Source: a virus
Reading direction: 5' to 3' (one strand)
Virus record (IMG/VR): IMGVR_UViG_3300045988_012481
Span: 1-43,577 of that record
DNA length: 43,577 bases
Positions 9,342 to 15,937 of the stretch are shown here, piece by piece; the first letter of the stretch is position 1; each line of letters opens with the position of its first letter. Made by a program: the position numbers and the translations under genes. The notes beneath the pieces are model-generated. The model was not told the DNA's origin. It made no database searches and saw only the letters and a list, made by a program, of their open reading frames with translations.

Positions 9342-9350
9342 ATTATACCA
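9342..9350 (-). promoter_or_regulatory. Extended -10 promoter element TGgTATAAT
   Basis: Minus strand reads ...AAGAATGGTGGTATAATGATATC...; no good -35. Located 40 nt downstream of the late-regulator stop codon. Confidence 0.45.
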
Positions 9351-9389
9351 CCATTCTTTGTAGTATTGTGTAGCCCGTTTTCCACAGCT

Positions 9390-9662
9390 TTATGCACAGC
9401 CTGTGCGTATATGTTCTACTGCCCGCAACGCCCGCGCGTGCATCTTTCCACGAACGTGCACTTCGTTGTAATTCATTTTCTCGGCGGTTTCTCTCCACGT
9501 CCGACCGTTTACATAGTGCTCGATCAGCAGCGCCCGCAGCGCCGCATCCTGTACCTTAGCCGTTGTGCTGATAATCTCAGCCTTAATCAGTGCAAGCCGT
9601 TCCTGCTCTCGCTGTATCTTCTCGGACAGGGCAAGATACGCATCCGCCTTGTTTGCGGTCAC
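9390..9662 (-). CDS. Late transcription regulator, sigma-70 region-4-like / DUF1492-RinA-like (GTG-start 90-aa version; see frameshift finding)
   Basis: C-terminal ...LLIEHYVNGRTWRETAEKMNYNEVHVRGKMHARALRAVE is a region-4-type HTH. The frame stays open upstream to 9809 with no canonical start. Confidence 0.6.
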   Translation of the reverse strand: MTANKADAYLALSEKIQREQERLALIKAEIISTTAKVQDAALRALLIEHYVNGRTWRETAEKMNYNEVHVRGKMHARALRAVEHIRTGCA

Positions 9663-9792
9663 GTCACCGCCGCCGCCCGGCGTGTCCTTGATCGTCGCTG
9701 TTGCGCTTGTCGCCCGCGTCCACGCCCTTACTCGTGCTTCTTCCAGTGCAGAGATTGATTTTTCAAGGTCAATCCCTCGTCTGAGCCATTCT

Positions 9793-10008
9793 TTAGTCGT
9801 CGTGTGCCACTACCTCCTCCATACCGCGCTGTGTATATCGCCTACGACGGCTGATTCTCGCCGCCTTGCGGACGCAACCCACACCCGGTTCACATCCGCG
9901 CGATTTCCCCGTGTCGATCAAATAATGACACGCCCATAGCTTAGACCCTTGGCTTGTACCCAGTACCCTCCAGTATGCGCACCCAGCGCATTCGCTTTTC
10001 TTTTTCAT
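9793..10008 (-). CDS. Small Cys-rich protein (71 aa)
   Basis: ATGA coupling to the upstream gene. CxxC plus further Cys/His residues (CAGCAYW...CHYLIDTGKSRGC). Confidence 0.5.
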   Translation of the reverse strand: MKKKSECAGCAYWRVLGTSQGSKLWACHYLIDTGKSRGCEPGVGCVRKAARISRRRRYTQRGMEEVVAHDD

Positions 10009-10274
10009 GCTAATGCTATTCCATTCTCCCGCAGTTCTTCAATCAGATCGTCGATTTTAACGTATTTTCGGGCGATACTGTCTGCGAGGTAGTTTGTTTC
10101 GTCCCATATCCGACGTAATCGGTCATAGTCGTACCCTTCTTTATCCCGTAGAACGCTAAACATAATTGCCCATGTAGACGCAACCGCCGTGTTCGTTGCG
10201 TCTCGTTTGGCTTTTTCTATGTCACCCTGCGTCGCCGGTATTCGGTATGGGTTGACTTTCTTTTTCTTCGCCAT
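10005..10274 (-). CDS. Hypothetical protein (89 aa from ATG 10274)
   Basis: GGAGGT RBS before MAKKKKVNPY. Confidence 0.5.
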   Translation of the reverse strand: MAKKKKVNPYRIPATQGDIEKAKRDATNTAVASTWAIMFSVLRDKEGYDYDRLRRIWDETNYLADSIARKYVKIDDLIEELRENGIALA

Positions 10275-10343
10275 TTCCGTACCTCCAATTTTCATACCGC
10301 CGCATCTCGTCCAGATACTGCCGCATCTCCGCGCTGTACTGCT

Positions 10344-10658
10344 TCACTCGTCCATCCGCTCCAACATATCAAGGTACTTTCTCGCCATCGCCGCCACCTG
10401 TATAGCTTCGCAAGCTGCTGCTTCGGCGTACTGCCCAACGAGAGCCACATGCTGCGACGTTGGGATACCGTCACGGATACGGTGCCAGAGCTGCTTCATT
10501 GACATTTCGATACTGTCGCATTCTTCTCGCAGTTCCTCGGCTTCCTCCTGCATTACCGCCCACCCCTCATGCGGGCTATGGAACTGTGGGAACCGCTCAT
10601 TTGCAGCTTCCAGTTCCTTTTCCACGAGCTTTTCAACATCTTCACTCACTGCGTTCAT
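10344..10658 (-). CDS. MazG-like all-alpha nucleotide pyrophosphohydrolase (104 aa)
   Basis: Pattern FPQFHSPHEGWAVMQEEAEELREE is typical of phage MazG-like/dNTP-PPase proteins. Confidence 0.5.
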   Translation of the reverse strand: MNAVSEDVEKLVEKELEAANERFPQFHSPHEGWAVMQEEAEELREECDSIEMSMKQLWHRIRDGIPTSQHVALVGQYAEAAACEAIQVAAMARKYLDMLERMDE

Positions 10659-10818
10659 CGTTTTCCTCCTGCGTAAACGCCGCTCCGCAATTTGCGCAGA
10701 ATCGCGGCTGTCGATACCTTTCGTTCATCGTCATCATCGTATCCGCACTGCAAGATATACACTTGTAAACCTCGGTGTACCATTCCTCCACGCCCATCTT
10801 GATGTACTTAGCCGTCAT
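10642..10818 (-). CDS. Small zinc-ribbon protein (58 aa)
   Basis: My translation is MTAKYIKMGVEEWYTEVYKCISCSADT...RFCANCGAAF (CxxC...CxxC). ATGA overlap with the upstream mini-ORF. Under 60 aa, so absent from the track. Confidence 0.4.
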   Translation of the reverse strand: MTAKYIKMGVEEWYTEVYKCISCSADTMMTMNERYRQPRFCANCGAAFTQEENDERSE

Positions 10819-10934
10819 GCAAATCCTCCTAACGCTGCTTTAAGCAGCATAATCGCCAGTGCTGCTAACGTGCAGCCTGTAAATACCAACAACATTCCGA
10901 TCAATACGCGGAACGCAATTTCTTCAAAATCCAC
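10815..10934 (-). CDS. Mini membrane peptide (39 aa, GTG start)
   Basis: GAGGTGA RBS. (M)DFEEIAFRVLIGMLLVFTGCTLAALAIMLLKAALGGFA is one hydrophobic helix. Confidence 0.35.
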   Translation of the reverse strand: MDFEEIAFRVLIGMLLVFTGCTLAALAIMLLKAALGGFA

Positions 10935-10943
10935 CGTATCACC

Positions 10944-11309
10944 TCAAACACAAATCATCGGCGGGTGCGGAATCTCCGTATCTATCGGTTTCCATAGGTG
11001 CAGGCAGTACGGATAATTGTTGATGTACTCCGACTTAGGCGGGTGGAACTGCATAACGCGTTCGTCCTCGCCGAAAAACATATCCTTAATAGCGCACATC
11101 TCGTCCCACGTCGGGCAGCACTTGCGCTGTGCAGAGCCGGGCGAAACGCTGACGTGCTCCCATCCCATGCCGTTGCTTGCGATCACCCGGAACGACTTGC
11201 CGCCAACATACACCTTAAAAACACCGTTTCCGCTGTCGCCGGTGCAGCCGTAAAACTCGCGTTCTCTGTCTTTCAGCCGGAACTTGTCCAGCTTGTGCAG
11301 GTCAATCAT
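10944..11309 (-). CDS. Conserved phage protein of unknown function (121 aa)
   Basis: Motifs WEHVSVS...CPTWDEMCAIKDMFF...QFHPPKSEYINNYPYCLHLW recur in many phage early regions. Confidence 0.6.
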   Translation of the reverse strand: MIDLHKLDKFRLKDREREFYGCTGDSGNGVFKVYVGGKSFRVIASNGMGWEHVSVSPGSAQRKCCPTWDEMCAIKDMFFGEDERVMQFHPPKSEYINNYPYCLHLWKPIDTEIPHPPMICV

Positions 11310-11703
11310 ACAGGTTCACTCCCTCAATCTCCGCACGGATTTCCAACGTATAAAGATAGTCAGACATGTGCTCACGCTGTGCTTTTAGCAGCTCGATAGG
11401 GCATTTCAGCGTAAAATCAAGCGTGCCCGCCGCGTGCTTAACAAGTAGCCGATTCAGCTTTTCATAGCGTTCCTTCGTCTCGTGGTACTCGCGCTTCATG
11501 CGCTCCTGCCATGTGTTTGTATCGGGGTCAGGCTCGTTTGGTTCACTTCCCAGTTTCGTTTTTTCTCCAAGCGTTTTCATTAGATGCAAAGCATCGGCGC
11601 AAATCATACCGAACTCGCATCTATCCTCGTCGTTATCAAAGTCAAACAGTACCATATTGCGCGACATCAATTCCGCGCATTCAATCGCTCCATCAATCGT
11701 CAT
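11302..11703 (-). CDS. Hypothetical protein (133 aa), C-terminal crAss001_48-like helical region
   Basis: AAGGAG RBS. C-terminal KERYEKLNRLL...LDFTLKCPIELLKAQREHMSDYLYTLEIRAEIEG. Confidence 0.5.
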   Translation of the reverse strand: MTIDGAIECAELMSRNMVLFDFDNDEDRCEFGMICADALHLMKTLGEKTKLGSEPNEPDPDTNTWQERMKREYHETKERYEKLNRLLVKHAAGTLDFTLKCPIELLKAQREHMSDYLYTLEIRAEIEGVNLYD

Positions 11704-11744
11704 TTTTCATTCTCCTTTCTCTGCGTATCTGTTTTACTGCGTCA

Positions 11745-12134
11745 TTAGTCATGCGATGTCACCGTAACCGGAACGATCATCTCTGGCAGGAAATTCACCT
11801 CGTAGTGGAACTTGTCCACGTAAGCTCCGCTGACGTCCTCCACAACGTAGATCGTCCAGTCGTTGAGGTACACAAGGTGTTTCTTGTAAACGCCCTGCCC
11901 GGTCTCGACAGTCACCTCCAGCTCGTTCTCGCTGTTGTTCGAGATAGCGAAGTTGCCGATCAGCTCAAACACCGGCTTGTCCGTACGCGCGTTGATGACT
12001 TCCAGACGGCGCGTGACGTTGAAATTGTCCGCCTCTTTCGAGATGTTGTACGCAACACGGCTGCTTTCCCGGCACGCCGATAAGCTGCACATCATCGCAC
12101 CGCAAAGCAGTGCCGCCGTGATTTTCTTGTTCAT
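11745..12134 (-). CDS. Lipoprotein (beta-sandwich lipoprotein-like, 129 aa)
   Basis: Signal peptide with lipobox MNKKITAALLCGAMMCSLSAC. GGAGGTG RBS. Confidence 0.75.
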   Translation of the reverse strand: MNKKITAALLCGAMMCSLSACRESSRVAYNISKEADNFNVTRRLEVINARTDKPVFELIGNFAISNNSENELEVTVETGQGVYKKHLVYLNDWTIYVVEDVSGAYVDKFHYEVNFLPEMIVPVTVTSHD

Positions 12135-12448
12135 TTCTGTCCACCTCCGTAATGTTCTACAATATACTGGTTCGCCGTGGTTTCCGGCGCAACGTACCAG
12201 TCAACCAGCTCCTTGCACGACATCATAACGCCAAGCAGTGCAATAAAAGCGGCCACAAAGGCAATCGGCGCAATATCGCAGTATTCCACATTCCGCATCA
12301 GCTTAACCGTAGCCACAATCGCGCCCAGCATCAGCACCACGTACAGCGCCGTCAGTAAAATACCGCCCGTCACATGCTTCGCAATCACCTCCTGCACCAG
12401 TGTTTCCGGCGTAACGCCCATCTGGGCGGAGATTTCAGCGATGGTCAT
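12131..12448 (-). CDS. Membrane protein (105 aa from ATG 12448)
   Basis: Two long hydrophobic segments (GGILLTALYVVLMLGAIVATV; IAPIAFVAAFIALLGVMM). Coupled to the neighbouring genes. Confidence 0.55.
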   Translation of the reverse strand: MTIAEISAQMGVTPETLVQEVIAKHVTGGILLTALYVVLMLGAIVATVKLMRNVEYCDIAPIAFVAAFIALLGVMMSCKELVDWYVAPETTANQYIVEHYGGGQK

Positions 12449-12752
12449 TGCGGTAGTCCTCAATCACATCAATACCGTATGCAATAGCGCACTCGTTCTC
12501 GATTTTGCAGCCGCGGTACTTATCCCAGTCCTTCGCAAAATAAGCGACGTCAGCCGTAGACAGCAGTTCCAGCGACTTAGCCAGATACCAAAGCGGACGT
12601 GCGTCATGTGGCGCGTTCTGGAAAAACGAATCAATCACTTCCACTGGCTCACCGAGTTCATGCTCTGCGGATTCGATAGCCTTTGCGCGGACTGCGAGAA
12701 TTTCTTCGTCCGTCTTGTCCTTCATAGGCTGAGAAATAAACAGTTTCTTCAT
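12435..12752 (-). CDS. DUF4406 / nucleoside 2-deoxyribosyltransferase-like protein, copy 1 (105 aa)
   Basis: MKKLFISQPMKDKTDEEILAVRAKAI...LAKSLELLSTADVAYFAKDWDKYRGCKIENECAIAYGI. Clear paralog of 32231..32554. Confidence 0.6.
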   Translation of the reverse strand: MKKLFISQPMKDKTDEEILAVRAKAIESAEHELGEPVEVIDSFFQNAPHDARPLWYLAKSLELLSTADVAYFAKDWDKYRGCKIENECAIAYGIDVIEDYRNDHR

Positions 12753-12961
12753 TCTTCTACCTCCTTAATTTCATCGAGCGCAATGTTCAGCTCTCTCTTG
12801 CCATTCAGTTCGCGCAGCAGCTTGCGCACAATGCGCTTAAAGCAATCATTGCAGTACGACAGATACATATCGGAACGGTCGATCGAGTTGCATACAACAA
12901 TGTGGAGTGCGTAACCGGTGTCCTCTTCCTTTTCTGAGCCGCAAATCTTGCATTTACTCAT
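12749..12961 (-). CDS. Small zinc-ribbon protein (70 aa)
   Basis: CKICG...CNDC. GGAGGT RBS. Confidence 0.5.
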   Translation of the reverse strand: MSKCKICGSEKEEDTGYALHIVVCNSIDRSDMYLSYCNDCFKRIVRKLLRELNGKRELNIALDEIKEVEE

Positions 12962-13157
12962 CAACTTCTACCTCCATCTCATCTTTTAGTGATAGCTTAC
13001 GGCCGCACATAAAACAATAGTTGATTTTGCTGGGTCTACATTCAGCCATAGCAACTAATTCATAACTATTGTCATAAAAATTCCTGTGAATTATAAAGTC
13101 GCCTAAACATTTTGCGTCTGTACGGCAATAGGGACAGTTCTTTTGTTCTTCGGTCAT
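12954..13157 (-). CDS. Small zinc-ribbon protein (67 aa), AT-rich gene
   Basis: CPYC...CFMCG. ATGA coupling. Visibly lower G+C than its neighbours. Confidence 0.5.
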   Translation of the reverse strand: MTEEQKNCPYCRTDAKCLGDFIIHRNFYDNSYELVAMAECRPSKINYCFMCGRKLSLKDEMEVEVDE

Positions 13158-13330
13158 TCTTTTTTATTCTCCAGTTTCATACGCGTAATAGCGTTTTGCA
13201 CGACCGCTACAATCGAACAACACTCACCAATCGTGAGATACGGTGCGATATCTCGTACCGTTGCGATAAGGGCACGCGCCGCCACCGGTTTAATTGGCCT
13301 GTCAAATACCTCATTGTTAATTCGATCCAT
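13154..13330 (-). CDS. Hypothetical protein (58 aa from ATG 13330)
   Basis: AGGAGGG lies 6 nt upstream of MDRINNEVF. Confidence 0.4.
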   Translation of the reverse strand: MDRINNEVFDRPIKPVAARALIATVRDIAPYLTIGECCSIVAVVQNAITRMKLENKKE

Positions 13331-13490
13331 TGTCATCCCTCCTGTTCCACGCTTCTTTTGCCTTTGGATAGGTGTTATAGCAAGGGATTTGTGCGTGACA
13401 CTTCTCGCAAAGGATATAAGGTCTAAAATATAGGTATTCCACCGAGATTCTGTTGCTCCCGCAGAACGGACAGGATTTAAGCTCAATCAT
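13317..13490 (-). CDS. Lar-like restriction-alleviation-family zinc ribbon, copy 2 (57 aa)
   Basis: MIELKSCPFCGSN...CEKCHAQ...AKEAWNRR. Tandem paralog of 13483..13668. Confidence 0.5.
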   Translation of the reverse strand: MIELKSCPFCGSNRISVEYLYFRPYILCEKCHAQIPCYNTYPKAKEAWNRRDDNGSN

Positions 13491-13668
13491 TGCTTGTCCT
13501 CCCGTTCCATGCTTCAATCACTTTTTCGACAGCACTGGTTTTGTAACATTCACTGTCCACCAAAATTTTTGAAGAAGCGTGACATTTAGCACAAAGCACT
13601 CTTACGCCGTCATTTACAAACAACCTCGCTTCTCCACCACAGAAAGGACAAGATTTAAGTTCAATCAT
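13483..13668 (-). CDS. Lar-like restriction-alleviation-family zinc ribbon, copy 1 (61 aa)
   Basis: GGAGGTG RBS. MIELKSCPFCGGEARL...CAKCHAS...VIEAWNGR. Confidence 0.55.
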   Translation of the reverse strand: MIELKSCPFCGGEARLFVNDGVRVLCAKCHASSKILVDSECYKTSAVEKVIEAWNGRTSND

Positions 13669-14029
13669 TGTCTGCACCTCCGTCCATCTTAGCCCCGCAT
13701 ACAGGGCAGTAATTCCAGTTGTTCAGGTGATACTCACTCTCTGTCAGTGCGCAGCCGCAGTTGGTGCACCTGACAGCTGCGTTACCACTCGGGAACGTAT
13801 ATCTCCCGGAATCATCCCACTGCCCGTGCACTACCGGCGCAACATCGGCATTGCGATTCACTTCAAATTCTTCGTTCAGCCACCGCCTTACATTCTCCAA
13901 CTCATACGAGCTGTACCCGATATGCATACCGATTCCATTCCAATACATAATGCTGTAGTACAGCTTTCCCGCGATTTCTTCTACAATTATCTGCGCAAAG
14001 CACGTTTTAATCTTTTTATGGTCAGCCAT
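13661..14029 (-). CDS. Hypothetical protein with C-terminal zinc ribbon (122 aa)
   Basis: RBS GGGGTG before MADHKKIK. C-terminal CTNCGC...CPVCGAKM. Confidence 0.5.
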   Translation of the reverse strand: MADHKKIKTCFAQIIVEEIAGKLYYSIMYWNGIGMHIGYSSYELENVRRWLNEEFEVNRNADVAPVVHGQWDDSGRYTFPSGNAAVRCTNCGCALTESEYHLNNWNYCPVCGAKMDGGADND

Positions 14030-14405
14030 TTTCGCACCCCTTTCCCGAATGAGTTGCACTTTTCTGCTTCTCAAAGTAAAACTCAATCGGCTTTTCATTC
14101 TCGATCACATTCCCGTAAACTACGCCAACCTTATAGATGTAATTTTCGCGCAGCTTTCTCGGAATTTCCGCGATGTAGCGCCGGAATGTTTCCAGCGTAT
14201 TGGCTCGCTTGTAATGATTGCACATTCGACAGGACGGCATGAGATTCGAAATATCATCTGCCCCCGCATCTTCAATCCCCCATGCCCTCAGTGGGAGAAA
14301 ATGATCTACTTGCATATCTTTGTATGCAATCTCTCTGCCGCAATAAGCACAGTGTCCGTCGTATTTGCGGTATACTTCTTCGCGGGTTTTCTTACTTATT
14401 GCCAT
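14022..14405 (-). CDS. HNH endonuclease (127 aa)
   Basis: CAYCG...DHFLPLR...NLMPSCRMCNHYK is the classic HNH pattern. Confidence 0.8.
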   Translation of the reverse strand: MAISKKTREEVYRKYDGHCAYCGREIAYKDMQVDHFLPLRAWGIEDAGADDISNLMPSCRMCNHYKRANTLETFRRYIAEIPRKLRENYIYKVGVVYGNVIENEKPIEFYFEKQKSATHSGKGCENG

Positions 14406-14877
14406 TGGTTTTCTCCTCTGGCAACTCCGGCATAGGCATCCAGTGAGTTACTTCGCAGTCTACCATGCAGTTGTAAACATCGTCTGGCGTGAAGCAGCGG
14501 CTCTCCCACCAGCCCTCCGGGACGAAATAATCGTCATGTTCTTCGTCATAGCGACCGTACTCCCAAATATCAGTCCAAACCCAGCAGCTTTCTTCCGAGA
14601 GCTGCTTTCCGTTTTCGTGGATTGCCGTTGCGATAAATCTACGACCATTGTCATTGCAGACAATCATAACTTCGGTTTCTGGCTCCGGTAGGTGTTCCGC
14701 TATCGGAATCCAGCGCGGTCTTGGAATAACATCGACAGCGAGCAGGCGGTCAATCTCATCGCACATATGGATGGTATCGTCTTCTGCATCAAGGCATTTC
14801 CTGCCCTTGTCGATAGCATGCTTTGCGTAGCCTTTAACGGTAAGAATTGCTTCTTTCCGTTTTATGTATTCAACCAT
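14392..14877 (-). CDS. DUF551-like protein (161 aa)
   Basis: C-terminal ...CEVTHWMPMPELPEE is characteristic of DUF551. Confidence 0.6.
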   Translation of the reverse strand: MVEYIKRKEAILTVKGYAKHAIDKGRKCLDAEDDTIHMCDEIDRLLAVDVIPRPRWIPIAEHLPEPETEVMIVCNDNGRRFIATAIHENGKQLSEESCWVWTDIWEYGRYDEEHDDYFVPEGWWESRCFTPDDVYNCMVDCEVTHWMPMPELPEEKTNGNK

Positions 14878-14902
14878 TCCTAACCCTCCCTAATCTCAAT
14901 TC

Positions 14903-15106
14903 TCATAACTCTCGGCAAATCTCGTCTCTCAGCTTCATTGCTTTCCTTTTGGAAACATCAACCGAGCAGCCTACGCCGTGCAGAATATACCGATTGCAAT
15001 ACTTGCACTTTTTCAGCCAGCACTCATCAACCGCCGGAATAATGCTTTCTCCGCTCGGCTCGTGGATGCCGTACCAACACTTTAGCCGCATTCGTTTTCC
15101 TCTCAT
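14903..15106 (-). CDS. Small Cys-rich protein (67 aa)
   Basis: ATGA coupling. CWYG...CWLKKCKYCNRY. Confidence 0.4.
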   Translation of the reverse strand: MRGKRMRLKCWYGIHEPSGESIIPAVDECWLKKCKYCNRYILHGVGCSVDVSKRKAMKLRDEICREL

Positions 15107-15216
15107 TCCTCGCATCCGCTTTCCGTGTCCACAAAATCCGCCCGGTGCTCACTGTCGCCGTTGCAGCACACACCGCAGAACGGTTCGTACCACTTGCAGG
15201 TCTTGCAGGTTTTCAT
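15103..15216 (-). CDS. Mini Cys-rich protein (37 aa, MKTCKTCKWYEPFCGVCCNGDSEHRADFVDTESGCEE)
   Basis: ATGA overlaps at both ends. GGGGAGG RBS lies inside the upstream gene. Under 60 aa, so absent from the track. Confidence 0.4.
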   Translation of the reverse strand: MKTCKTCKWYEPFCGVCCNGDSEHRADFVDTESGCEE

Positions 15217-15884
15217 GCGTTTCCTCCCCATTGTTCAGCCATAGCTTTTGCAATGCCCGGAAACGTCTTGCTTCTCGCCTTTGCGCGGTCTTTGCCGTTC
15301 ATATCCATTACCCAGCAGGAGCGGCGAACCGTGCCATTCTTCATGTGCAGTTCTCTGCTCTTTTGCGGTTCTACCGCTTCGATTGGAAATAAAGGACTAA
15401 CCCCTTTTATCCATAAGCATGTTTTCTTTGTGAACGGGTGATCTGCACCGTAAAACTGGTATGGATTGATAATCTGCGTGTACTTCGGCAGGCAGAAAAT
15501 GCTTGACGGCACAGGGTTCTCAATTACAATGCGCGGTATATCTGCCCACCAGAACCGCATGAACAAATCACGCGCCCGGATACCGAGCTTTACCCGTTCC
15601 GGCTGTAACTGGTGATGTGCCCACAAGTGCCGCGCTCCTGCATTGGCTAAGTAAGTGCAGGGCGGATGTGCAATCAGCAAATCCCACTTGCCTACCTCGT
15701 GTTCCTTACCATCCATGGTAATTATTACCCCCCCTGCTACCGCTTTCAGTGCGTCGCCGAGGATATGCCACTCTGGATGTCCTCCTGACGGCTCCTGAAT
15801 GTCGCAGGAGTACGCCTCATGTCCGCGTTCCCGAAACGCCTTGCACACCGTCTGCGACTCCTCGCAGGCTATTAAAACTTTCAT
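15213..15884 (-). CDS. C5-cytosine-methyltransferase-like protein with atypical N-terminal motif (223 aa)
   Basis: HPPCTYL (motif IV-like catalytic PC) and IENPV (motif VI-like ENV) are present. The N-terminus reads MKVLIACEESQ instead of a glycine-rich FxGxG loop. Confidence 0.6.
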   Translation of the reverse strand: MKVLIACEESQTVCKAFRERGHEAYSCDIQEPSGGHPEWHILGDALKAVAGGVIITMDGKEHEVGKWDLLIAHPPCTYLANAGARHLWAHHQLQPERVKLGIRARDLFMRFWWADIPRIVIENPVPSSIFCLPKYTQIINPYQFYGADHPFTKKTCLWIKGVSPLFPIEAVEPQKSRELHMKNGTVRRSCWVMDMNGKDRAKARSKTFPGIAKAMAEQWGGNA

Positions 15885-15937
15885 GCCCGCTGCACCTCAT
15901 TCTCCGGTGCAGCGTTCAAAACTGCTTCACTGACCAT

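Noticed and set aside
10189-11016. 275-aa plus-strand ORF (similar long plus ORFs at 4099-4890, 16211-16813, 16816-17412, 40106-40717)
   Set aside because: All lie antisense to coupled minus-strand gene chains. They have low-complexity Ser/Arg/Cys composition and no ribosome-binding sites.
15885-15937. 18-codon bridging ORF and 8-bp hairpin (GCTGCACC/GGTGCAGC) between the two methyltransferase genes
   Set aside because: It is too short to support as a gene. The hairpin has no U-tract. It is probably just a spacer for translational coupling.
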